A stretch of 32,000 nt of DNA from Puniceicoccales bacterium (GTDB lineage: Bacteria > Verrucomicrobiota > Verrucomicrobiia > Opitutales > JAIRLG01), in NCBI GenBank assembly GCA_031288595.1, contig JAITRB010000006.1:13842-45841 (forward strand), given 5' to 3'. The notes under the pieces are model-generated. The model was not told the DNA's origin. It was given only the letters and a program-made list of their open reading frames with translations, and made no database searches. The translations under genes were made by a program, and so were the position numbers. Shown here piece after piece: positions 7,828-16,491 of the stretch (position 1 is the stretch's first letter; the number at the start of each line of letters is the position of its first letter).

Positions 7828-9570
7828 TCAGGAAGAGAGGATGTCCGGCTGGAAGGAAACTTTCAGGAGATAGGGCTTGCCCGGCTGGAGAAAGATGGGG
7901 CTTGGCCGCGAGAGGATCTGAAGGAAGTGGAGGGGGCCATAGGCCGTTCGGTACTGAGGATCGCCATGCACGGTGACGAGCTCCTGCCAACTCATGCCGA
8001 AGTCGTCCTTTTCAACCACTGCCCGCAGGCTCTCTGGCCCCAAGCGGAATCCGGATGAAGCGTGTAGCGAATGGGGCGCCGACAGCGCGATGACATAGCG
8101 CAGCTGCTCCAGCTTGAGCCGATTGGGAGCGGTATAGAGAAATTCCGACACGATGCGGTCCTCGAAAAATGTCCAGGTCACCCGGCAGCTGGCCAGGCCG
8201 GGGACGATGAGCTCCCGATTACTGATCAGCTCCGGCTGCTCGTAGCGGAAGAAAAATGAGCGTTTCAGGCCCATGCCGCTGCTGCAGTTCCTGCCGTAGA
8301 ACGAGGGGATAAAACTCTGTCCCTCTATCATCAGCTCCGGCTGGAGGATGGGCAGATAGGTTTCGGCCGGCGCGTCGAAAATCCCAGGGCAATGCGGAAA
8401 TGCCAGGCTTTCGCCCAGTCCCTTTCCCTGGCTCGAGAGGAGCGGCAGAGTATAGTGCGTCCTCTGTCCCGCGTTGCGGTAGATAAAGATCCCCTGTTCC
8501 TTCTTCGGCGTCTGGATGAACTGGATGAAACGCCCTCCACTCTTCTCTTCCGGATCGGTACAGGCCGACGGCCACTGGAGTTTCCTGGCCAGCTCCGCCC
8601 ATTGACAGAGGTAGCGTACCGCATCGAAATTAGCCTTGCGCGTCGAATAAGCCGGTGCCGCATTGCGCTCTCCATCGCGGATGAGCATCGTCCCATGCCC
8701 TTGGTCGATGTAGTGAGAGAACAGGCAGTGGAAGAGTCGGCGCAGCAGGCCGACATAGAGTCCCTGCTGCTCGGGGGCTATCCATCCTGCGGACAAGGCG
8801 GACAGGACAGCGTGGAGTACGAGGAGCTGGGAATAGAATCCCATCGTCGTCCCGTAGGCCCAGGCAAGCCCGTCCTGGCGGATGAGCTCAGGCAAGAGGC
8901 GAAGGTATCCGGCCATCTGCGTCCGAATGCCCGGGAGGAGATTCTGGCTGACCTCTCCGTTGATGTGTCTCTGCAGTACCTGCTGCAGGAAATTCAGTGT
9001 CCACAAGCCGATTAAGTCGTAGCTGCCACCGATGCCCGCCTCTGGAGCGTGGTCGAGAAAGCCACCGGACGTGTTTTCCCGCGCCCCTTCCAGAAAGGAC
9101 GTGAGGACGCGCGTCGTCTCATCCTTCTTCGTAAAGCCCATGCCGAAAGCTATAAGGACCCGTGCGAGGTTACAGGCTGCCTGTGGATTATGGTGCTGGA
9201 GCAAGCGCTTCTGAAAACGTTCCTGCGTTTCCGTATTGAGCTGCTGCCAGAGAGGATTTTGGGATGGCGTCGCCCCGAAGCAGAAGAGGGCCAGGGCTAG
9301 GTAATTCAACTCCATGTCCTGAAGGCTTTCATCGCGCAGCTGGGATTGAAAGCAGCGGGCCGCCAACGGGATCAGGACAAAGTCGCCGAGGTGGGAATCC
9401 CGCGTGATCCGACAATACTCTCCAAGGGCAAGGGCCGCATAGGCAGCATCCGTCTTGACCAGGGCCTCGCCTTCGACCGGCCGTATCTCCCCGTTATCGG
9501 TGATGGCCGGTAGGCTCTGCCCCAAGATTGCCCGAGCGAGATCTAGGCATTGCTGGGAGAAATTCTGCAT
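7828..9570 (-). CDS. Hypothetical protein (~580 aa), function unknown
   Basis: Long uninterrupted ORF with host-like codon bias and no signal peptide at MQNFSQQCLDLARAIL. ATG 9570 is preferred over TTG 9642. I recognise no motif. Confidence 0.7.
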   Translation of the reverse strand: MQNFSQQCLDLARAILGQSLPAITDNGEIRPVEGEALVKTDAAYAALALGEYCRITRDSHLGDFVLIPLAARCFQSQLRDESLQDMELNYLALALFCFGATPSQNPLWQQLNTETQERFQKRLLQHHNPQAACNLARVLIAFGMGFTKKDETTRVLTSFLEGARENTSGGFLDHAPEAGIGGSYDLIGLWTLNFLQQVLQRHINGEVSQNLLPGIRTQMAGYLRLLPELIRQDGLAWAYGTTMGFYSQLLVLHAVLSALSAGWIAPEQQGLYVGLLRRLFHCLFSHYIDQGHGTMLIRDGERNAAPAYSTRKANFDAVRYLCQWAELARKLQWPSACTDPEEKSGGRFIQFIQTPKKEQGIFIYRNAGQRTHYTLPLLSSQGKGLGESLAFPHCPGIFDAPAETYLPILQPELMIEGQSFIPSFYGRNCSSGMGLKRSFFFRYEQPELISNRELIVPGLASCRVTWTFFEDRIVSEFLYTAPNRLKLEQLRYVIALSAPHSLHASSGFRLGPESLRAVVEKDDFGMSWQELVTVHGDPQYRTAYGPLHFLQILSRPSPIFLQPGKPYLLKVSFQPDILSS

Positions 9571-9684
9571 ATATGACTTTCCCCGTCCGCCGACGGAGGT
9601 AAACTTTTCCCAGAAAAAAAAGGCCGTTCCGCGCGACGGCAAGCGTTCTTTGCAAATTTTCTCACGGAGAGGCTCATTTTGAGC

Positions 9685-11841
9685 CTAAAGGTTCCGCTTG
9701 CGACGTCTAGTTGTTCTGCCATTAGGCTTCTTCGGGGCCTTGAACAGGGATGAGTCCTCTGCTTTCCCCGCCGACAGCTCGGCCTTATCGCTCCACTTGG
9801 GAGGGAAGCAGGGAGCGAATCGCTCCGACGCCTCCGGAGGAAAGCCCGCATCGTCGGACTGCCTCAGGGGTAGGCCGTCTGCCGAAAGAATGTGCGCCGT
9901 GACAAAGATCAGGAGATTCTTCTTCTGGGTCGTCTCGCCGTGGGAGCGAAAGAGCTTCCCCAGCAGGGGCAGATCTCCCAGAATGGGAATTTTATCCCGC
10001 ACCTCCTTGGCCTCCTCGCGCATGAGCCCACCCATGACGACGGTGGAGGCATCCTGGATCGTGAGCTCCGTCTTGATCTGCCGCGTCGAGAATATGGGCT
10101 GATAAAATCCCGACGGCGTATAGACCGTCTGGTTGGAATTCATGGCTATGCTGGCGCCTCCATACTGAACGAATCCTTCAAATTCCGTGACGGTCGGGTT
10201 TATTTTTAGATTGATGCGTTCCGCTTCCTCCACGGTGGGGATGACGGACATCTCGACCCCCACATTGCGCGTCTGGAAATTCTCCGGTCGGCCGGCTGTG
10301 ATCGTGACTCCCGCTCCCGAGTTGTTGACGCTGGAGCTACCTACATCGGATTGCGTCTCGCTATAGCTGTTGGGGTAGCGCAGTTCCTGGGCGATGATGA
10401 TGGACGCCATCTTGCCGGATAGGACGGTGATTTTGGGAGCGCAGAGCATATTACTCCCCTTGCTCTGCTCGAGGGCCCTGATCATCAGGTTCAATTTCCC
10501 CCCGCTGATGACACCGACGAAATTACCGATGGGATTGGCCGCTGCCCCATAATCGACCGAGTTCGGGAAGGTGGGCGGGCTATTGTCGATGTTTGTAGTT
10601 TGGCCTCCTGCAGCAGGAACGATTTGCCCCTGCCCCATCTTACTCCCTTGACCTGTGAATGCCTCCGCCAGGCCGCGGACGCTTGCTCTGAGATCCTTTT
10701 CGCCGCCGGCCGGTTTGTTCCCCCAGCTCCAGGTGTTCCCCCGCGGAGTCGGGCCCTTTTGAAATCCCCACTGGAGGGCGAATTCATCGAGATCTCCCGC
10801 CTGGACTTCGACGAAACGGGCCTCGATTGCCACCTGTCGGGTCTCGCGGTAGCGCTCCAAAATGTTCTTCAGCCTGCGGAGGTGAAGCGGAGTATGCGTG
10901 ACGATCAATTGCGTCCCATCGAAGGCCATGTTGCTGCCGCTGACTCCGGAGAAGTCGACACCGGCCCGCTGGAAAAATTTCTTGAGATAGGCCTCTTCGG
11001 CTGCCGTGCCGGAAGCATCGGACGGATCAAAGGGCTTGGGCACATCGTCCAAAACCTTGCCCATGATGCAGCTGACCGTTCCCCGCGAAATCGGGAAAAA
11101 TCTCGTTTCGAGGTCACAATGTTTCTCCTCATCGAAAAACACGAGACTCCCATCAAGGATGTCGTATTGATAATGAGCCGATTTGGCGATGAAGCGCAAA
11201 ATGCGCGCGATCGACATATCATGGACTCGCAGCGTGATCTTCGCATCGGGATTCCCTCCGAGGATGACCATATTCAGGCCCTTTCCATCCGAAAGTGGCG
11301 AGAGAGGGTCATAGCGAATAGCCATTTCCTGGAGAACATCCAAGGCATGCGAGAAACTGGCTTCTTTGAATTCGATTTCCGGAATGATGATGGATCGCAT
11401 TTTCCTCAGGATGACGCCCTCTTCCTCCTCTTCCGAGAGCGGCTTCTGGGGGGCTATCGCCGGCTTCCCACCATGGGTTATTGAGCTCGCGTCGGACTCT
11501 GCGTCGAAGACCCCAGTCCACGTTGACCCCTTTATGTTTTTTCCCCCATCCTCTCCCTCACTGCTTCCTGTCGAAAATGCTGAAGCTGCTAAGCTGAGGT
11601 ATTTAGGAGGACCTGGACTCCCTTTTTGTCCTGCCGAATCTGCCGTAGGAGCCTGAATAAAAGGGGCTATGTCCGAATCCTCCTGATGGGTATTGGGAGC
11701 TTCAGATTCCCCATCGTCCCAGCTCTCATGGGCGGTGAATTCTTTTGGATCAGGCTCTCCTCTGTTGCCTCCATCGGTAAAAACCTGGAGTCCACAGGAG
11801 AATACAATACCCCAAGTTAAGCCCTTCCCTCTACCTACCAT
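9685..11841 (-). CDS. Secretin-family outer-membrane channel (type II/III secretion system protein, GspD/PilQ-like)
   Basis: C-terminal secretin domain: ...GVEMSVIPTV...INLKINPTVTEF...PIFSTRQIKTELTIQDASTVVMGGLM...IPILGDLPLLGKLFRSHGETTQKKNLLIFVTAHIL. An STN/N-domain-like repeat is present (IIIPEIEFKEASFSHALDVLQEM...KITLRVHDMSIARILRFIA). ATG 11841 gives MVGRGKGLTWGIVFSCG, a possible lipoprotein-type signal. The longer ORF to 12012 would overlap the upstream gene. Confidence 0.85.
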   Translation of the reverse strand: MVGRGKGLTWGIVFSCGLQVFTDGGNRGEPDPKEFTAHESWDDGESEAPNTHQEDSDIAPFIQAPTADSAGQKGSPGPPKYLSLAASAFSTGSSEGEDGGKNIKGSTWTGVFDAESDASSITHGGKPAIAPQKPLSEEEEEGVILRKMRSIIIPEIEFKEASFSHALDVLQEMAIRYDPLSPLSDGKGLNMVILGGNPDAKITLRVHDMSIARILRFIAKSAHYQYDILDGSLVFFDEEKHCDLETRFFPISRGTVSCIMGKVLDDVPKPFDPSDASGTAAEEAYLKKFFQRAGVDFSGVSGSNMAFDGTQLIVTHTPLHLRRLKNILERYRETRQVAIEARFVEVQAGDLDEFALQWGFQKGPTPRGNTWSWGNKPAGGEKDLRASVRGLAEAFTGQGSKMGQGQIVPAAGGQTTNIDNSPPTFPNSVDYGAAANPIGNFVGVISGGKLNLMIRALEQSKGSNMLCAPKITVLSGKMASIIIAQELRYPNSYSETQSDVGSSSVNNSGAGVTITAGRPENFQTRNVGVEMSVIPTVEEAERINLKINPTVTEFEGFVQYGGASIAMNSNQTVYTPSGFYQPIFSTRQIKTELTIQDASTVVMGGLMREEAKEVRDKIPILGDLPLLGKLFRSHGETTQKKNLLIFVTAHILSADGLPLRQSDDAGFPPEASERFAPCFPPKWSDKAELSAGKAEDSSLFKAPKKPNGRTTRRRKRNL

Positions 11842-11935
11842 ATCCTCATACTCTAGGAACACCGTTTTTTCTGGAAGGCGCAAGCAAATAAAAGCCCCCT
11901 CTCCCTTGAGCCTTATTAGGGCGGCACGGAGAATT

Positions 11936-12574
11936 TTAGCAATGAGCCAGATAGATCCGCAGGCCTTCGAGGACGATATCCAGTGCCAGGCAGGAGGTGA
12001 GCAGGCCAGCAAGCTTTTCTAGGGTCTGAAGGATACGCGGTGTCAGAAGCCCTGAAGCTCTGATGAGACAGGAAAAGCACAGGAAGACGGCGAACATGGT
12101 CATGGAGAGCGCGAGGAAGAAAAGCACTCCGTCCCGATACCCCTCAACTTGGGCTCGAAAACCCAGGATGGCGGTGATGACGCCCGGCCCGATGATGAGC
12201 GGCAGCGCGACTGGGGTGATGTAGGAGCTATCTTCCGAGGATCCGCCCTTCTTCGGCTGCACCTCGGTATTAGACGCTTCCGGTTTCCGCCACAGGCCCA
12301 GCATGTCGACGCCGAGGCTCAGGAGATAGAGGCCGCCACCGATTTGAAAGGCTTCAGGACTGATCCCCAGGAGGCTTTGGAGGAGAAAGTTGCCTGTCAG
12401 GGCGAAGAAGAGCATCATGCCGTAGGCGACCCAGCAGGCGCGGGTGATGATCTGGATGCGCTCATCGACGGATTTCTGCGGCATGAGGGCCACGATTATG
12501 GCGACGCCGCTGACCGGTCCTATGAGGAGGAAGAGGTAGAGTGGAACACCTGTGAGCAGATAGTGCGGAGCCAT
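11936..12574 (-). CDS. MarC-family (UPF0056) integral membrane protein
   Basis: ~210 aa, six hydrophobic segments. MarC-like blocks LGISPEAFQIGGGLYLLSLGVDML and ITPVALPLIIGPGVITAIL. ATG 12574 is preferred; the longest ORF reaches 12673. Confidence 0.7.
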   Translation of the reverse strand: MAPHYLLTGVPLYLFLLIGPVSGVAIIVALMPQKSVDERIQIITRACWVAYGMMLFFALTGNFLLQSLLGISPEAFQIGGGLYLLSLGVDMLGLWRKPEASNTEVQPKKGGSSEDSSYITPVALPLIIGPGVITAILGFRAQVEGYRDGVLFFLALSMTMFAVFLCFSCLIRASGLLTPRILQTLEKLAGLLTSCLALDIVLEGLRIYLAHC

Positions 12575-12721
12575 TGAGCCAAGAGATCGAAGATGGAAGT
12601 TAGGCTGAATACAATGGATCACAAAGTCAAGGCTGGATGGAAGATAGCTCTGAGCTTCGTCTTTTCTCAGCATCCCTCTTCATCTACGGATGCCTAAGGC
12701 GTGGGCCCACTGGGCCTAGGT

Positions 12722-13471
12722 TCAGGAAAGCCGCTGGGCAATGGAGAGCAATTCCCCAAAACTTTCCGCCTTGAGCGAAGCGCCACCGATGAGACCACCA
12801 TCGATGTTCTTTCCACGCAGGAGGGCCTCGGCATTGGATGGATTCATGGAACCGCCGTAAAGGATACGGACAGAGGCCCCCTGGGCCCCCAAGAGCTCCT
12901 GCAGGAGCGAGTGGATTTCCTCGTGCACCTCTTCCGCATCGCTCGGCGTCGCTGCCCTGCCGGTTCCAATAGCCCAGACGGGTTCGTAGGCGATGACGAA
13001 GGGCGAGGGGATATTCAGACCGTGTAGGACTGAGCGCATCTGTCCTTCTATGACGTCCTTGGTGGCCCCCTTCTCTCGCTCCGCCAGCGTCTCGCCGATA
13101 CAGAGGATGGGGATGAAGCGATATTCCAATGCCGAGAGAAATTTGGAACGCAGCGCCTCGTCCTTCTCGCCGAAAAGGGTCCGCCGCTCGCTGTGGCCGA
13201 GAAGGACATAGTTCACCTCCAGTTCCCGCAACATGAGAGGAGAAATTTCTCCCGTGAAGGCACCGGCAACATGGGCATTCATGTTCTGCGCCCCCAGTCG
13301 GATACCGGAATGGCGCAGTTGCTCTTGAGCCGTCCGGAGGGCCGTGAAGGGCGGGCAGATGACGGCTTCCACATCGGGAATCTCGAGCGGCAGCAGGGCC
13401 TGGCAAAAGGCCTCTGTCTCCCGCAGTGTCTGGTTCATCTTCCAATTGGCGACGATGAGTTTCTGCTTCAT
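12722..13471 (-). CDS. tpiA: Triosephosphate isomerase
   Basis: 249 aa with the hallmarks VANWKMN, LLGHSERR, AYEPVWAIGTG and YGGS. Confidence 0.96.
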   Translation of the reverse strand: MKQKLIVANWKMNQTLRETEAFCQALLPLEIPDVEAVICPPFTALRTAQEQLRHSGIRLGAQNMNAHVAGAFTGEISPLMLRELEVNYVLLGHSERRTLFGEKDEALRSKFLSALEYRFIPILCIGETLAEREKGATKDVIEGQMRSVLHGLNIPSPFVIAYEPVWAIGTGRAATPSDAEEVHEEIHSLLQELLGAQGASVRILYGGSMNPSNAEALLRGKNIDGGLIGGASLKAESFGELLSIAQRLS

Positions 13472-13566
13472 GCTGAGGTATTAGTTTCTTGCATCTCCGG
13501 TGCTTCTTCCGCATTCTAATCGGGGAATCTGGCTTTTCAAGGCCATAGATTTCAATCCGCCTTCTT

Positions 13567-14199
13567 ATGCCTCGGCATCCATACCTCCTGCTTTGCCCCC
13601 ATCGGCTAATGGGAGCCGGATTCCTCCTGGGCCTCCTGCTCCTGGGCCCTCTTCCCGAGAGCTGCGGTTTTCCCGGGCGAAGCATGGCCGGCAGGGCTCC
13701 GGCTCAGTATGCCCAGGGCTGCAGAACTATTTCCTTCGATGTCCTCCTTCTTCATAAATCGGAGAACGACTTCCGAAGCCTGACGGAATGGCTTACGGGA
13801 CGTCGGGTCCCGGAGGGACGCTGGGCGCTGCGGAGTGATGGGGCCCGCCGCGGGGGCTTCTACTGGGTACTGCGCTTTTCGCGACCTCTGTCCTCCCGGG
13901 AAGCCTGTTGCTGCGCTGTGCTAAAATACCTCCGCCGCGGAAGTCTCGAGGCCCAGGAACGGCGCTTTGAATTCGGCAAGTCGAGACCGCGACGGGCCGG
14001 CGAACTCTACCTCGGCATGACGGATGACGCCTCGCTCCGGAATCCCGATGACGTGGTGGCCTGGTGCGTGGAACTGCGGGATGCATCGGGAAAAGTGACG
14101 GCGGAGAAGCGGAGCTTCCTCTGGAGCACTGATGAGGCCGATGCGAGCCGGGAGGACGAAGGGCCGGAGAGGAACGAGGCTCGGCCAGCGGAGGATTGA
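13567..14199 (+). CDS. Hypothetical protein (weak call)
   Basis: 210-codon ORF with host-like codon pattern. It has a hydrophobic N-terminus (GAGFLLGLLLLGP) and an acidic C-terminal tail, with no recognisable motif. The overlapping minus-strand ORFs look like Pro/Arg-rich shadows. Confidence 0.4.
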   Translation: MPRHPYLLLCPHRLMGAGFLLGLLLLGPLPESCGFPGRSMAGRAPAQYAQGCRTISFDVLLLHKSENDFRSLTEWLTGRRVPEGRWALRSDGARRGGFYWVLRFSRPLSSREACCCAVLKYLRRGSLEAQERRFEFGKSRPRRAGELYLGMTDDASLRNPDDVVAWCVELRDASGKVTAEKRSFLWSTDEADASREDEGPERNEARPAED

Positions 14200-14233
14200 G
14201 CGGAGGTGGTCCGATCCGGATGGGTCGGTAGGA

Positions 14234-14327
14234 TGCCGTCTTTGGAGCCCCGCAGGGGCTCGCCCGCGGAGCGGGCATCCCGGAGGGAGGGAAGCAGAAG
14301 CTTCCCTCCCTCCGGGCAAAGACGGCA
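14234..14327 (+). repeat. Cloverleaf-like nested-palindrome intergenic repeat, copy D
   Basis: Closing stem TGCCGTCTTTG (14234-14244)/CAAAGACGGCA (14317-14327). Hairpins: AGCCCC-gca-GGGGCT (14246-14260), GCCCGC-gga-GCGGGC (14262-14276), CCGGAGGGAGGGAAGC-agaa-GCTTCCCTCCCTCCGG (14280-14315). Confidence 0.8.
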
Positions 14328-14376
14328 CCCACTGAGACAGGCCCAGCAGTCCTTCAAACCGACTTTCCCCAGAAGA

Positions 14377-15507
14377 TCAGAGATCCAGGAAGGAGAGAAT
14401 CACGGCGAAGAGCGCGTCGCTGGTGATGATCCAGGTGATGCTGGCCACCACCGCAGAAGTGCTGGCCAAGCCGACGGAAGAAGCATCCCTCTCGCTCCGG
14501 AGGCCGTAGTAGCAGCCCACGCTGGCGATGATCTTCCCAAAAAAGGCGCTTTTGAGGAGGCCTATGAGGATGTTGCTCAAAGTGAGCGCGCGCTTCGTCT
14601 GGGCGAGGTAGAGCAGTGGATGGATGTCGGCTACTCCCCAGGCGACGCAGAAACCGCTGAGAATTCCGATGAAGTCAGCGAAAAGGCAGAGGGCAGGCAT
14701 GGCCAGAACCGTGGCCAGGATCCGAGGGATGACCAGGAAGTCCACGGCCGGAATCTGAAAGGTCTCCAGCGCATCGATTTCCTCATGGACCCTCATGGTT
14801 CCCAGAGTGGCGGCGAAGGCAGCGGCACTCCGGCCGGACAGGATGACCCCAGTCATGAGACAGCCCATTTCTCGAGTCATGGCCAGGCTGACCAGGTCGG
14901 CGACGTAGATACCCGCCCCGAACTTGTCGAGCTGGATGAGGCTGACAAAGGTCAAAATGAGACCGACGAGGAAGCTGATCAGCGCGACGATGGGCAAGGC
15001 CTCGACGCTGACCTGCTGCAGATGACTGAAAAAATCGGGCCATTGGAAGACCCTCTGGCCGCGCAGGCATTTCCCAAAGCTGAGGTAGATGCGGCCGATG
15101 AAGTCCAGAACTTCGCAGAAAGGACGCCCGATCCGTCTCAAGGCCTTTTTTAGGGAGAAGGGAGCCGTTGCCGCCGCTGGTGCTCCGGAGTGGGAAGCCA
15201 CGATGCTGTCGAGGATCCTCCACACGTTATCCGGCAATTCCCTGGGACGCAGCTGCCACCGTTGCTCCTGGCAGAGCTGCCGCAGATGGCGGACGAAGCT
15301 GAGGAAGGCGGAATCCCAACAAGTGAGTGCCCGCGCCTCCAGCTCGACGATGCCTTGGGCCGGCAGCTCGGCCGCTTCCAGATAGGCATGTACTTCTTCC
15401 CAGGAGGGAAGAGAAGCCCGAAGGGTCCAGTCTCCGCTGACCGAAAGCGTCACGACGCTGCCTTCTCCGGTTCTCCTGTACTGCAGAAGTGGAGGATGGA
15501 TGGACAT
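14377..15507 (-). CDS. MlaE/YrbE-family ABC transporter permease with N-terminal STAS-like domain
   Basis: The C-terminal ~260 aa match the MlaE pattern (...REMGCLMTGVILSGRSAAAFAATLGTMRVHEEIDALETFQIPAVDFLVIPRILA...GCYYGL...). The N-terminal ~110 aa (VVTLSVSGDWTLRASLPSWEEV...LEARALTCWDSAFLSFV) resemble a STAS/anti-sigma-antagonist fold. Confidence 0.85.
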   Translation of the reverse strand: MSIHPPLLQYRRTGEGSVVTLSVSGDWTLRASLPSWEEVHAYLEAAELPAQGIVELEARALTCWDSAFLSFVRHLRQLCQEQRWQLRPRELPDNVWRILDSIVASHSGAPAAATAPFSLKKALRRIGRPFCEVLDFIGRIYLSFGKCLRGQRVFQWPDFFSHLQQVSVEALPIVALISFLVGLILTFVSLIQLDKFGAGIYVADLVSLAMTREMGCLMTGVILSGRSAAAFAATLGTMRVHEEIDALETFQIPAVDFLVIPRILATVLAMPALCLFADFIGILSGFCVAWGVADIHPLLYLAQTKRALTLSNILIGLLKSAFFGKIIASVGCYYGLRSERDASSVGLASTSAVVASITWIITSDALFAVILSFLDL

Positions 15508-15617
15508 GCGACGCGGAGTGGCTAGGATTCAGCGGCCCAAAGAGAGGGAGTCTGGAATTTTTGGAGAAAATAAAAGTCGAAAAGCGGGCCATCATCTCTT
15601 CTGATAGACGAAAGCTC

Positions 15618-16487
15618 ATGGATTTGTTTCACCTGAGAGGACTCATGCTATTCCTGATGATCCTGGGTTTTTCCCTGATGCTGTGCGATTGCTTTTGGAA
15701 CCTTTGGCTTCTTTGGGTCGGCCGCATGGCTCTGCGCCTCAGCGGAGTAGGGCTCTTGAGCGTCCTGCTCCACGCCTGCCTGGAGGGCCGCATGAGCTGG
15801 GCGGTACCCTCGGTCCTCATCCTCGCCACGATTTTTCTCCTCGAGAGTATCTATTTCTGGGGAATGACGGGGAGAATACAGGCCCAGCAGTGGCCCACAA
15901 TCCTGCAGTACGAAGCGCTGAATGAAAGGATTTCCTGGCCCATCCACTGGCGTTTTCGCGCCCTGAGGAACTACTTCCGCCGCGAGCGTTTCCAGAACGC
16001 GGGATGCTTTCGCCTGTCCTTCCTCGGCACTCCGCTGATGCTCAATGTGGTCATGCTGGATGCCAGTCGGCGGATCCGGCTGGAGTTTTTTTTCCACATG
16101 GGCCCCCGAGGGATTCGGCAGGTGCGGTGTGCATTGAGCTCGCAGGTAGAGGAGAAGGAATGGCTGGTGACAGACAACAGGCAGCTCCCCCCGGGCGGGT
16201 GGATGCCGGCGGCCTGGCGGCTCAAGCGCTACGGTTTCGCCTCTCCTCAGACCCTATTGCGGCGGCACCGGCGGCGACTGCAGCGGCTGGGAAGCATCTG
16301 TGGGGCATGGGAAGTCTCCCATCTCCCGGAAACGCTTAATCGGGAGCAGGAGTTTTGGGCAGAGGAGAATCTTCGGCACGGATTTTGGGAAAAATCCTCC
16401 GACGGGCGGCAGTACACTCTCTCGGAGGAGGGCCGCTACCGCCTCTGGAAGTCGATGCTGTTCCGGCATACGCTGGGCCTGGGCTGA
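15618..16487 (+). CDS. Hypothetical membrane protein
   Basis: ATG 15618 gives three hydrophobic helices (LMLFLMILGFSLML, GVGLLSVLLHA, VPSVLILATIFLL) followed by a Trp/Arg-rich soluble region. No recognisable motif. The longest ORF (15489) would overlap the divergent mlaE-like start. Confidence 0.55.
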   Translation: MDLFHLRGLMLFLMILGFSLMLCDCFWNLWLLWVGRMALRLSGVGLLSVLLHACLEGRMSWAVPSVLILATIFLLESIYFWGMTGRIQAQQWPTILQYEALNERISWPIHWRFRALRNYFRRERFQNAGCFRLSFLGTPLMLNVVMLDASRRIRLEFFFHMGPRGIRQVRCALSSQVEEKEWLVTDNRQLPPGGWMPAAWRLKRYGFASPQTLLRRHRRRLQRLGSICGAWEVSHLPETLNREQEFWAEENLRHGFWEKSSDGRQYTLSEEGRYRLWKSMLFRHTLGLG

Positions 16488-16491
16488 GAAG

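Noticed and set aside
10600-11484. 294-codon plus-strand ORF antisense to the secretin (also 9698-10102 and 9892-10209)
   Set aside because: No motifs. The opposite strand carries the canonical secretin domain.
12704-12716. Mini-hairpins GGCCC-N3-6-GGGCC at gene ends (12704-12716 after tpiA; 27757-27772 between secA and clpX), resembling the first hairpin of repeat copy A
   Set aside because: With only 5 bp in GC-rich DNA, this could arise by chance. No closing stem or companion hairpins are present, so they are not counted as repeat copies.
12684-13685. 333-codon ORF on the minus strand overlapping tpiA in another frame
   Set aside because: The translation is Arg/Pro/Gly-rich low complexity with no motif. 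tpiA in the overlapping frame has unmistakable TIM signatures. This is a typical shadow ORF in GC-rich DNA.
14206-15153. 315-codon plus-strand ORF antisense to the MlaE-like permease
   Set aside because: The product is Asp/Glu/Gly/Arg low complexity. The opposite strand encodes a clear MlaE domain. The ORF start also runs through repeat copy D.
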